Shown here piece by piece: positions 1-11,124 of a stretch of 64,000 bases of DNA. Source of the stretch: Haliotis cracherodii (Eukaryota); assembly GCF_022045235.1 (NCBI RefSeq), contig NW_027266308.1, forward strand, positions 41,912,001 to 41,976,000. The letters are read 5' to 3'. The notes under the pieces are model-generated. The model made no database searches. It was not told where the DNA came from and saw only the letters and a list, made by a program, of their open reading frames with translations. The position numbers and the translations under genes are program-made. The first letter of the stretch is position 1, and every line of letters starts with the position of its first letter.

Positions 1-213
1 GATGCTTGTCAAGAAAGGTATTCCTTCCACTGTCAAAGGATTTCCGGGATCTAATCCCATTTGTCAACATTTTTCAACCATTCAGATTACAGCACACACT
101 TCCATTCAGTTTACAATTTCTTTCAATGTGAATAGATGAGCAGATAACCCTACCAGCAAACTGTGGTTCCTGGCAAAGATAATGCCATGAATCTGAGTCT
201 GACCACATGTATG

Positions 214-670
214 CATCTTCCCGAGGCAAGGGCGTTAACGGACTATAAAAGTCCAGTTTCCACCCTTGCTGAACTAGGATGGAATTTCCAGGCTCGATCA
301 TAGTGCCACCAGTGGCTATTACAAGTTATGTCCCTTCTATGTCCCTCCTATTGACCAATCAGATATCATCCTACATATTGCTTGCATTTGTTTCAAACAA
401 AATGGCGGCGCCCAATCAAGACGATCTGATCGATAGTCAAGGTCTATATTGTAATATAAAGGGTCTTACCCCTCGAAGTGCATCAAATCACATCTGTATG
501 CTAAAATCCATGTTGTCTAGTTCGGATGTCTAGTTCGTTATGCAATTTTGATTGGACTATGCATAGACTCGTTAGTACAGCCAAAATGTAAATCCAGAAT
601 TCCAGCCCAGTTCGGCAAGGGTCAAAATTGGACTTTTAGAGATAGTTAACTCCCTTGCCTCAGGAAGATG
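214..670. mobile_element. non-autonomous DNA transposon (MITE) with long TIRs, family copy 1
   Basis: starts catcttcccgaggcaaggg, ends cccttgcctcaggaagatg; homologous to 19070-19587 and 28423-28951 with the internal part inverted; flanks catgtatg/catatatg. Confidence 0.85.
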
Positions 671-735
671 CATATATGTGTCTTGACATGTCCGGCCTCC
701 AATAACTTGTGGCTTGTGTGCTGACCCGTGGGCAG

Positions 736-913
736 ATCGTGGGAACTCTGGGAGCAGCTACAGAAGAAAGCTCACCTGTACAAGAGCAACGTGCTGCTGG
801 TGCCCCATGGCGATGACTTCCGTTACTCCTCACCATCAGAGTGGAACAAACAGCTGACGAACCTGGAGAAAATGTTCACATTCATGAACAGCAAGACTGA
901 TTTCCATATCAAG
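736..913 (+). CDS. MAN2A: Golgi alpha-mannosidase II (GH38), internal coding exon 1 of 15 in window; the 5' part of the gene lies upstream of the window
   Basis: ggcag| ... aag|gtaaga; encodes KKAHLYKSNVLLVPHGDDFRY, the GDDF acid/base motif of GH38 Golgi mannosidases. Confidence 0.92.
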
Positions 914-1439
914 GTAAGACATGGTTAGATGCTGTATTGGTTTTAGGTAACAATCACTGGAGTGAATTCATCAAAGAACATGAATAAGTGGTAAGCTATG
1001 GTTTCCGTCTGCAACATGGAAATTCTCAACATTGGTTAACAAAAGTAGATACAAATATTTAATAATCACTATTTATTTCACATGACTGCTATCCTCGTTT
1101 CTCAAGACCTTTTTCACAAACTTACTATGTAGGGAGGGAGGGCTTTATGTTTTATATTAGTTTTTAATTGGTTACAAATCTGTTATAACTTGATTGTAAT
1201 GCAATACTTGATTAATCATCCAAAACTGGCTCCCACAGGAGATATCGCTTGGATTGAAATTACATCACAATGCTTTGCAGACCATTGTGACATCACTGGT
1301 TCCCATGACATCACAATCAAATGACATCACTTATGGCTCTGCTACTGAAGCTGTTAGCAGTACTTTTTACACTGAAGACACTTCTAATTACTGTCTACAA
1401 ATTGAAAAAGTTGGAAGAATGATGTAAGATGATAAATAA

Positions 1440-1583
1440 AATCTCACCCTCGTGTCTTTTGATATCAAATATATCAAAACTCGTTGATAAAAGTGGCAAA
1501 AATCCTCGGCAAGCCTCAGAATTTTTCCACTTTTATCAACTCGTGTTGATATATTTGATATCAAAAGACACTCGGGTGAGATT
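1440..1583. mobile_element. palindromic fold-back element (MITE-like)
   Basis: ~65-bp arms aatctcaccc...gataaaagtgg / ccacttttatc...gggtgagatt. Confidence 0.65.
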
Positions 1584-1862
1584 CTCTATATCTTCTGGCC
1601 CCACCCTGCTGCTGGAAACAGATGCAGTCTATGATGACCTCGTCTAGGTTCCCCTGCCAATCTGTCACACTATGAAGTGCATAGTGTGTTAAATTAGGTT
1701 GGAATCTGGGGCAAAAACAAATTTTGACTTCAATTGGTTGTTACTTAGTAATGTTAAAAATATAAAATGCATTTGGGACGGGTGAAAGTTGAGATCATGG
1801 GAAAGAAGGAATATATATGACCTTGGGACAAGATGTTTGACTGTGTATGTCATTGACTGCAG

Positions 1863-2059
1863 ATAGAGTTTGGAACCTTGAGTGACTATTTCTCAGCCCT
1901 GGAGAAGGACAAGCCTCACTTCACCCACGAATCCCCCTTCCCATCCCTCAGTGGCGACTTCTTCCCCTACACTGACCGCAGTGACCAGTACTGGTCAGGG
2001 TACTTCACATCCAGACCCTTGTACAAGCACATCACCCGTGTCCTGCAGGCCAAGATCAG
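1863..2059 (+). CDS. MAN2A: alpha-mannosidase II exon 2
   Basis: tgcag|ata; IEFGTLSDYF...SLSGDFFPYTDRSDQYWSGYFTSRPLYK; ends ag|gtattc. Confidence 0.93.
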
Positions 2060-2248
2060 GTATTCATCATTCATACTTGGGTTGTCATGATAAGCTTACA
2101 TTATGTTTGAAATTACTGTTGTTTTAATGTACATGTTATATATTTTAGTAATACCTCAGGGAAGATATTAAACTGGATTATTTTATGACTTAGGCTAGGA
2201 GTTAGGTACTGCTAAAATTTGCAGTCCGTCACGATGACACCAATGCTC

Positions 2249-2851
2249 TTTTTTATGTCTCTCTTCCTTTTGGCGTTAGTGTCGGCGTTCCCGTCCTATT
2301 CGAGCCATAACTTGAAAACTGTTCAATGTTGGGTTTTTTAAACGTGCCATATGCATTGCTCATGAGCTTAACTGGTGCCTTTTTCTATTTTGAAATTTAA
2401 AATAAAATAAAAAAATTATGTTTTCATGGAAACAATTTCGACTTAGTCTCAAACGAAGATAGGTTCATTTCTGCACCATAAGCCATGCTCATCAGCGTAA
2501 CTGGAGCCTTTTTGAAATTTTTTGAAATTATATTTTGTTATTATATTTTCATGGCCTTAATTTCAACAACTCTTGGCTTTGTTTCAGTGACATTACTCAT
2601 ATGCTAATGCATTTCTTGCAAGACACTACACGTGCAATGACCACATGCTCCACTGTTGCCTTTTCATATTTTTCAATTCTAAAACTCTACAGCTAATGAA
2701 TATATCAGCTTGAAGCATGATCTTTACAGGCTAAGATTTGCTATTATTGTTTTTCATATTTGCAAGCACATTTACCGTTACAATTTCAACTAATGGATAG
2801 TAAAATAGACAGGGGAGATATATGTTTTTGAGTAAACACACAATTTAGTTT
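2249..2851 (+). mobile_element. degenerate Helentron-type non-autonomous element (HINE-like)
   Basis: T-run plus atgtctctc start, ggcgt-type short repeats, internal repeats, end ggggagatat...hairpin...tagtt. Confidence 0.45.
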
Positions 2852-3398
2852 CAGGCTAAAATCAGTATGAAAATGCTACGCCACTCATAAAAATATCAGT
2901 TGACTCAGTGAGATTGACATGTTATTGGACAAAATGAGCCGAATATTCTCTCTCTGTCTTTTTTAAAAAAAATTTATGCATGTAGTGGTTGTATCATTTG
3001 AATACTTATGTATGACAAGGGATGATAATCTTATAATATCAATAGTAGGTCACTGTAACCTGCCTTCAGTGAGGAGCAAATGCTATGTTTTCATAATGAC
3101 ATTGAATTCCACCTGAGGACATCATATTTAGTTTATATGCTTGGCAAGCCCTTTGCAATGTTCTAGAAATACTTTTCACTCAGATTGAAGGTCAGCTTCA
3201 CTTTCAGTGGCATACATTCAAATATGTGGTATGTCCATGATAAATCAAGAGGAACATAGCATCTTTAGTGCGGGGCATTGAATTGGTATGATTTTTAGCT
3301 ACGTGTATTAAAGGTCAAGGTCACCAGACTGGATTGTTGTCCTAAACCCGAAAGTGATGTCATTTAACCATATTTAACCATTAAACATATACCGAAAT

Positions 3399-4836
3399 AT
3401 ATGTTTCAGGTTACTTGACATATGGCACACCCTGTGTTACTGTAAGATCTCTCTATGTTTCAGGTTACTTGACATATGGCACACCCTGTGTTACTGTAAG
3501 ATCTCTCTATGTTTCAGGTTACTTGACATATGGTACACCCTGTGTTACTGTAAGATCTCTCTATGTTTCAGGTTACTTGACATATGGCACACCCTGTGTT
3601 ACTGTAAGATCTCTCTATGTTTCAGGTTACTTGACATATGGCACACCCTGTGTTACTGTAAGATCTCTCTATGTTTCAGGTTACTTGACATATGGCACAC
3701 CCTGTGTTACTGTAAGATCTCTCTATGTTTCAGGTTACTTGAAATGGTACACCCTGTGTTACTGTAAGATCTCTTCTATGTTTCGGGTTACTTGACATAT
3801 GGTACACCCTGTGTTACTGTAAGATCTCTCTATGTTTCAGGTTACTTGACATATGGTACACCCTGTGTTACTGTTAGATCTCTCTATGTTTCAGGTTACT
3901 TGACATATGGTACACCCTGTGTTACTGTAAGATCTCTTCTATGTTTCAGGTTACTTGACATATGGTACACCCTGTGTTACTGTAAGATCTCTCTATGTTT
4001 CAGGTTACTTGACATATGGTACACCCTGCGTTACTGTAAGATCTCTCTGTTTCAGGTTACTTGACATATGGTACACCCTGTGTTACTGCAAGATCTCTCT
4101 GTTTCAGGTTACTTGACATATGGTACACCCTGTTTTACTGTAAGATCTCTCTATGTTTCAGGTTACTTGACATATGGTAAACCCTGTGTTACTGTAAGAT
4201 CTCTCTATGTTTCAGGTTACTTGACATATGGTACACCCTGCGTTACTGTAAGATCTCTCTATGTTTCAGGTTATTTGACATATGGTACACCCTGTGTTAC
4301 TGCAAGATCTCTCTGTTTCAGGTTACTTGACATATGGTAAACCCTGTGTTACTGTAAGATCTCTCTATGTTTCAGGTTACTTGACATATGGTACACCCTG
4401 TTTTACTGTAAGATCTCTCTATGTTTCAGGTTACTTGACATATGGTACACCCTGTGTTACTGTAAGATCTCTCTATGTTTCAGGTTATTTGACATATGGT
4501 ACACCCTGTGTTACTGCAAGATCTCTCTGTTTCAGATTACTTGACATATGGTACACCCTGTTTTACTGTAAGATCTCTCTATGTTTCAGGTTACTTGACA
4601 TATGGTACACCCTGTGTTACTGTAAGATCTCTCCATGTTTCAAGTTACTTGACATATGGTACACCCTGTGTTACTGTAAGACCTCTCTATGTTTCAGGTT
4701 ACTTGACATATGGTACACCCTGTGTTACTGTAAGATCTCTCTATGTTTCAGGTTACTTGACATATGGTACACCCTGTGTTACTGTAAGATCTCTTCTATG
4801 TTTCAGGTTACTTGACATATGGTACACCCTGTGTTA
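3399..4836 (+). repeat. 54-bp minisatellite (~26 units, with 52- and 55-bp variants) made of the splice acceptor and first 30 nt of exon 3
   Basis: unit gttacttgacatatggtacaccctgtgttactgtaagatctctctatgtttcag; the last partial unit is the true exon start. Confidence 0.97.
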
Positions 4837-4995
4837 TGTCCGAGCCGTCAGGAGGCATAAGACAGCGGTGGTGACATTTCTACGTGAGCGGTTCTCCGTC
4901 CTCGTGTCCACAAGGAGAGCCAATGGTCACTTCCAGCACCATGATGCCATCACTGGGACATCCTCTTCAGCAGTCACTAAGGATTATGCACAAAT
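4807..4995 (+). CDS. MAN2A: alpha-mannosidase II exon 3
   Basis: tttcag|g; (R)LLDIWYTLCY...RRANGHFQHHDAITGTS, the Zn-ligand HHDAITGT motif; ends at|gtaatt; phases match neighbouring exons. Confidence 0.9.
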
Positions 4996-5087
4996 GTAAT
5001 TCCACAATAGGTTTATAGTCACTTTACCTTCATGGAAATTGGGTTACAGTTGGCCCAGCGCCTGAAGGTCCTGAAAGCGACTAACTT

Positions 5088-5675
5088 GGATTGGGTGGTC
5101 AGGCTCTGTGTGTTGATTGGGTGGTCAGGCTCTGTGTATTGACTGGGTGGTCAGGCTCTGTGTGTTGATTGGGTAGTCAGGCTCTGTGTGTTGATTGGGT
5201 GGTCAGGCTCTGTGTGTTGATTGGGTGGTCAGGCTCTGTGTGTTGATTGGGTGGTCAGGCTCTGTGACTTGACTGTTGTGTGTTCATTTGGTGGTCAGGC
5301 TCTGTGACTTGACTGATTGGGTGGTCAGGCTCTGTGTGTTCCCTAGCTTGTCAGGCTCTGTATGTTGATTGGGTGGTCAGGCTCTGTGTGTTGATTGGGT
5401 GGTCAGGCTCTGTGTGTTGATTGGGTGGTCAGGCTCTGTATGTTAATTGGGTGGTCAGGCTCTGTGTGTTGATTGGGTGGTCAGGCTCTGTGTGTTGATT
5501 GGGTGGTCAGGCTCTGTGTGTTGACTGGGTGGTCAGGCTCTGTGTAAATTTGATGGACAGGCTCTGTGTGTTGATTGGGTGGTCAGGCTCTGTGACTTGA
5601 CTGATTGTGTGTTGATTGGGTGGTCAGTTGATTGGGTGATCATGCTCTGTGACTTGACTGATTGTGTGTTGATTG
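5088..5675 (+). repeat. 26-bp minisatellite (~20 units)
   Basis: unit gattgggtggtcaggctctgtgtgtt. Confidence 0.95.
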
Positions 5676-6298
5676 TTTTTTGTTTTTTTTCACTTGTTCA
5701 AACTAGTATGTAACCAAATAAACAGTTGTGTACCATCAACCTGGGAAAGTGCCTCCCTACATAAACAAGCATGCAAACTCCTATTGCCGCCATGACCATA
5801 ACACAAGATGCGCAGTAAAGCAGCAGAGCAGTGTGCATTTAAAGGGAAGTAACTGCATGCCATATTGGATTGCATTGTTTTTAAGTTTTAGGAATTTTTT
5901 TTGGAAAATTGAAATAAAAACAAAACGTGTGGCGGACCTTATGATGATGAGGTTGGTGCCTGAGAACCAAGACTGTTGTTTGTTTTAGCCTCATGTTATT
6001 GTTAAAACACAACTTTTGGTTGAAAATGTAAAAAAGTGAGCGAGGGAAAGCCTGAGTTTCAAGACCTCAAGGTTTTATGTTTTCAAACAACACTGAGAAG
6101 TGTTTTAACTAGTGTATGAACCATCTAAATGCAAGAAGTACTAGCATTGTTACCAGCTGTTTCCACAATTTGAAGAAACCTGATGAACAATAGGATGACA
6201 TCACAATAGGTTTATAAGATAAGTTGCAAGAAAATTTATAGATTATAAGATATGTGAAAAGCTACTTGAATGCAATTGTATACGTCTTCAACTTGTAG

Positions 6299-6407
6299 CT
6301 TACTGAATGCCATGGAACAGGCTGATGCCATGATAGGAGCTGTCACCACCATCCTAATGACCGATGGACCATTGGAAGAGGGGGCCATCACTTCTCACAT
6401 CAAGCCA
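6299..6407 (+). CDS. MAN2A: alpha-mannosidase II exon 4
   Basis: ttgtag|c; (I)LLNAMEQADAMIGAVTTILMTDGPLEEGAITSHIKP; cca|gtgagt; phase-compatible. Confidence 0.8.
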
Positions 6408-6504
6408 GTGAGTAACAGGCAGTGTTGGAAATAATTTCAAAACCCAACAAGACCGTAGGGCAGATGACCCATAAGTGCTGCCTGCCCTTCTTCAAAGTTA
6501 CCTG

Positions 6505-6870
6505 ACAGCCTCCGTGGTCTAATGGTAGAGCGTCCGCCCGGAGAGGGGAAGGTCCGGGGTTTGATCCCCGGCCGCGTCATACCAAAAGACGTTAAAAGAT
6601 GGTACTTGTTGTTACCCTGTCTGGCGCTCGGAATTTAGGGGCTAAAACAAGGACTGGTCGGCTGGGAGTCAGTATACTGTGTCTGAGTGGGGTATTCATG
6701 TTAAACTGCGGCATGGTATCTCAGTGAGCTAGCACTATAAATCGGCATCATTCCGGACTAGTACAAGCAGCCACACAAACACACACACGTACATGCACGT
6801 CGCTATATAAGTGCAATAATCATGGACGCAACGTTAAACCCCATTTCACCTCACCTCACCTCACCTCACC
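6505..6870 (+). mobile_element. tRNA-derived SINE, Meta-SINE/RUDI-like
   Basis: A-box tggtctaatggt, B-box ggtttgatccc, body gtcataccaaaagac...tcagtgagctagcactataaa, (CACCT)n tail, 13-bp TSD tcaaagttacctg (6492-6504, 6871-6883). Confidence 0.88.
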
Positions 6871-7418
6871 TCAAAGTTACCTGTTAGACATAAATATTGA
6901 AATAATTGCCAAAAAAATAGAGACACATCGCATCTATTGTGTCTTGATTCATTTAAAATAATGCAAACAATCAATTGAGAATTTCCAAGGAGTTATGATA
7001 AAACTGAATACGTGAGTAGTTTTACAATTATCTGCCAGACAGTTGGGCAGGTGAAGGAAAATTTTCTGCAGTCCAACAGAAACAGGCGGTTATTTCAGAC
7101 ACTGGTAGCAGGCAGCAGTATTAGCATGCACCGTTTGTACAGAAAGTACAACAGTAAGAAAATATGGATGGCATGACAACACCGGAAGTAGCATGTCACA
7201 AACGTTTCATTGACATGTGAACTGAGTTTGTTCTCCGACATCAAGTTTAACTTATGTTTGGTTTAGACAAGTGTCTGTATTTTGTTGATTTTGGAAAAAC
7301 CCTGGGCATTTAATACAGCGAATACAGTATTGACTACAGCCTACAGCCGTTTTTATCCACTTACATATACATGATCCAGATTTTGGAAAATATAGGTACA
7401 GTCTCTCATGACCCTCAC

Positions 7419-7606
7419 TTCGAATCCTGGTTCGCCCCGATTATGTTTCAAGGTTTGCCAGCACCATACCTTGCTGGTGGGTTTCACCCAAGTGGTAAGC
7501 GTCTGAGACCTGCATCACTTTGGGCTTTCCTCCCACATTAAGCTGACACGCCGTGATATAACTGGAATACTGTTAAAAGCGGCGTTCAACCCAACTCACT
7601 CACTCA
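7419..7606 (+). mobile_element. 5'-truncated tRNA-derived SINE, same family as 26168-26455
   Basis: starts at B-box ttcgaatcc, (CACT)n tail, 14-bp TSD ctcatgaccctcac. Confidence 0.85.
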
Positions 7607-7631
7607 CTCATGACCCTCACATGTAAGCTGG

Positions 7632-7895
7632 ACCCGTGAAGATCTGGGGTAGAATAGGTCTTTAGCAACCCATGCTTGCCGTAAAAGGAGACTATGCTTG
7701 TCGTAAAAGGCGACTAACGGGATCGGGTGGTCAGGCTCACTGACTTGGTTGATACATGTCATTGTATCCCAATTGTATGGATCGATGCTCATAATGTCAA
7801 TCACTGGATTGTCTGGTCCAGACTCGATTATTCACAGACCGCCGTCATATAGCTGGAATATTGCTGAGTCCGGCGTTAAACAACAAACAAACAAA
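7632..7895 (+). mobile_element. ~265-bp SINE-like retroposon without a tRNA head ('gacccgtgaag' family)
   Basis: (CAAA)n tail, 14-bp TSD cacatgtaagctgg (7618-7631, 7896-7909); many copies in the window. Confidence 0.85.
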
Positions 7896-8016
7896 CACAT
7901 GTAAGCTGGGCTTCTGTCTACCAAAATGAACCACCATCTTGATTTTGAGTCTAGAATATTTCCCCAGCAACCAATGTCGGTTCTAAGAGTCAACCAACTG
8001 GATCAGGTGGTCAGGC

Positions 8017-8162
8017 CAGTGCCGTAGCCAGCCAGGGGGCAGGGGGTGCAGTTGCCCACCTGGATTTTTTACAGAAAACATTTTTCCTTGTGAAAGTAAC
8101 TTGAACAAAAAATGAATAATCTTATTTGCTCCCCCTGTCAAAAAAAGTTAACTACGGCCTTG
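8017..8162. mobile_element. small MITE inserted in a partial 'gacccgtgaag' family copy (~7990-8325)
   Basis: TIR cagtgccgtag / ctacggccttg, flanked by duplicated caggc; the host repeat resumes after it. Confidence 0.55.
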
Positions 8163-8380
8163 CAGGCCCTGTGACTTGGTTGATTGTGTGTAATCTTACC
8201 CCGGGGACGTGGATCTTTGCTCACAATATATCACTGGATTGTCTGGTCCTGACTCAATTATTTATAGGCCTCTGTAATATAGCTGGAATATTGCTGAGTG
8301 CAGCATTAAACAACAAACAAACAACCATTCAGTATGATGGTAGAGTAATAAGCTGTAACTTCCTCAGTGTATTGTTTCAG

Positions 8381-8445
8381 AATGAGGAGTGGAAACATTT
8401 TGATGAACCTCCCATGAGAAATGCCTTCGAAGTTAATGAAAAGAG
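8381..8445 (+). CDS. MAN2A: alpha-mannosidase II exon 5
   Basis: gtttcag|aat; NEEWKHFDEPPMRNAFEVNEK; ag|gttagt; supplies the required phase 0 to phase 2 change. Confidence 0.75.
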
Positions 8446-8658
8446 GTTAGTGACAGTTTAATTATTTTTTTTAAAACTTTTCTTGACATAATACAATGTC
8501 AGCACATTATATCTTACCCTGAGTCAAATAAACTGTCTCAGAATCTATGTTCTGCTGTATTATCCAGGATGTGATTCTTTACAACCAAATGCAACTAAAC
8601 TCTAAAACAAGAAGTCGGTTGATCATACAACAGTCCAATGACTGTTGGTATATCTTTA

Positions 8659-8905
8659 GACCCGTGAAAATCTGGGGTAGAATAGGTGTTCAGCAACCCA
8701 TGCTTTTAGTAAAAGGCGACTATGCTTGTTGTAAGAGGCGAATAACGGGATCGGATGGTATTGCTTGCTGACTTGGTTGATCATGTCATCGTATACCAAT
8801 TGCGTGGATCGATGCTCATGATGTCAATCACTCGATTATTTACAGACCGCCATCATATAGCTGGAATATTGCTGAGTGTGGAGTTCAACAACAAACAAAA
8901 ACAAC
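8659..8905 (+). mobile_element. 'gacccgtgaag' family retroposon copy
   Basis: end-to-end similarity to 7632-7895. Confidence 0.85.
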
Positions 8906-9078
8906 AACGGTATTTTACTGATATATGTTAAAGGTGCAAAGAGATTGCTTAGGTTCTTCTAACATGTTCCGGTCAGTAAACGTTTTAATTTACTTTGATA
9001 TGATCATTCGTTTCTTCTTGTCATTGCATGGAATGTATAGCATGTGGTGGTTGTCAGCAGTTGTTTGTTGTTATACAG

Positions 9079-9244
9079 GACTGTCATCATCAGTAATCCG
9101 CTTACCACACGTCGCAGAGAGGTTGTGCGGGTAACAACACTGTCACCCGATGTCACCGTCACTGATGCTGACCTTGGGATTGTTCTACATCAGATTAACC
9201 CAGTTCTGACCTCAGACTTCAACATTGATCTCAACAGATTCGAG
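9079..9244 (+). CDS. MAN2A: alpha-mannosidase II exon 6 (GC splice donor)
   Basis: atacag|g; RTVIISNPLTTRRREVVRV...HQINPV...FE; ends gag|gcaagg. Confidence 0.83.
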
Positions 9245-9596
9245 GCAAGGTTTTAGTGTGTCTTGAGTTTACAGTTTTAGATTACACAATCTACTGTGAA
9301 ATATGAAAAAATATGAACTTACAACAGTTTTGAAATTTAGAATTTTAGTTTTTCGAAATGCATTTAGAAGTGTGCTGAAGAGAATTTATGAATGTCAACT
9401 TTTGTATTTTCAGGAACACAAACTTTTGGAGTTTATACTTAATCCTTAGAATATGTTGATAAAAAAGTGTTTTCTCTCACAAAAAAAGGTATTTTTTAAA
9501 GTGTATTTCTCCTTTGTGCAATGCATGACACACTCAGTGATAAATAGCATGCATCTTTTTGTGAATTTTAAAGAGGATCAGATGTGTTTTGCTTAG

Positions 9597-9724
9597 GTTG
9601 CCTTCCTGGTAGACTTGCCTCCACTCTCAGTAAAGAAGTATTTTCTCCAACCATCAAAAGATGCTGAAAGATCGCAAGCTAGAGTTTCAGCATTCAACAC
9701 CAACCTTGCAGAGGACTTTAAGAA
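9597..9724 (+). CDS. MAN2A: alpha-mannosidase II exon 7
   Basis: gcttag|gtt; VAFLVDLPPLSVKKYFLQ (the LPPL strand of GH38); aa|gtgagt. Confidence 0.85.
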
Positions 9725-10236
9725 GTGAGTTCTGCATAGTTGAGTAGCCTAGATGTTTATGTCTTTTCTTGTCAAGATTCTGGTTCAACTCAGTACACAG
9801 CATTAGAATATTGTTTTCTTTAAGTCTGGTACAGAGGACTAATGGAAGCATATTTCACTTGTCGTAAGAGTTTGCAGCTAGTCATGTTGACCAAGACAAT
9901 AATGTTTACTATGTTTACATTTTCTGTCAGTTGTATGCAGTTCCAATGTGTAGCAAAATAGAAGCATGGAGAACTGTTTCAGAGTTTAAGCCCTCAATTG
10001 CTGCCAGTCAATGAAAACTTACATCATTGGATGTCCTCAGCAAAATGTAGTAGTCTCGGGCTAGCATGATTTTTAAGGCTGGTACATGGGTATAAGCTGA
10101 TCTTCCTGTTATTGACTGTTATTTCCTGGGAAAAATCTAAATGTTCAGGTCTGCCCGGTTATGCTGAAACATAAAACTCACTTACAAGAGTCTATTATGG
10201 AGTAGAGATTTTGGGTGAGAGTCAGTTGGTGCTTGT

Positions 10237-10360
10237 GACCCGTGAAGATTTGGGGTACAATAGGTCTTCAGCAACCCATGCTTGCTGTGGAAAGTGACTA
10301 TGCTTGTTGTAAGAGGCGACTAACAGGATCAGGTGGCGTTAAACAACAAACAAAACAAAA
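10237..10360 (+). mobile_element. 'gacccgtgaag' family copy with internal deletion
   Basis: head joined directly to the ggcgttaaacaacaaac tail. Confidence 0.75.
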
Positions 10361-10549
10361 AACCTATGCTTGTGGTAAGAAGTGCAGGAAGTCTGTTGTA
10401 CGTTCAGGCTCAGTTAACTGCATTTCATCGAGCACATAATATCAACCTCTGTTTTGAATGGCTGCTGTGAAATAGCTGGAATTTTGCTGACTGCATCATT
10501 CAGCTACATTCACTCACTCACCCTGAGATGAAATACAACCCCAGTACCT

Positions 10550-10750
10550 CATGCTTGTCGTAAGAGGCGACTAACGGGATCGGGTGGTCAGGCTCGCTGA
10601 CTTGGTTGATTCATGTCATTGTATCCCAATTGCGTGGATTGATGCTCATGATGTCAGTCACTGGATTGTCTGGTTCAGACTTGATGATTTACAGACTGCC
10701 GTCATATAGCTGAAATATTGGTGAGTGCGACCTTAAACAACAAACAAAAA
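10550..10750 (+). mobile_element. 'gacccgtgaag' family, 5'-truncated copy
   Basis: catgcttgtcgtaagaggcgactaacggg...ttaaacaacaaac. Confidence 0.8.
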
Positions 10751-10943
10751 CCAATATTATAATAAAGATTAAATTATTTGCAGGCCAGCAAGATAAAGAT
10801 TAAGTGTAGTTGAGTACATCACAAAACAAATCCCACTCACAGATTGTCAGAGACAGAAAACCTTCTCCTAAACATGGGAAGGATCACTTAGCTTCTTCAA
10901 AACTGAAGCAGTGTTATTATATGTTTGCTTTATATTTGCCCAG

Positions 10944-11043
10944 ATCTCGGTTCCGCGTCAGCACTGGTCAGCAGCCAAGAGTGCTTGAGCTGGACAACGG
11001 CTACTACCGAGTGTCTTTCTCTCCATGCACTGGCTTCCTTGAG
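10944..11043 (+). CDS. MAN2A: alpha-mannosidase II exon 8
   Basis: cccag|a; LELDNGYYRVSFSPCTGFLE; gag|gttagt. Confidence 0.85.
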
Positions 11044-11124
11044 GTTAGTCAGACACATTTGCTGAGTGCAGATTGTGAAAGATGCTTTAATGAGTCTTTG
11101 CCCATATTTCAGTGTTGATCGTGA

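Noticed and set aside
3415-4815. Repetitive TYGTPCVTVRSLYVSGYL ORFs
   Set aside because: Translations of the 54-bp minisatellite; only 4807-4995 is a supported exon.
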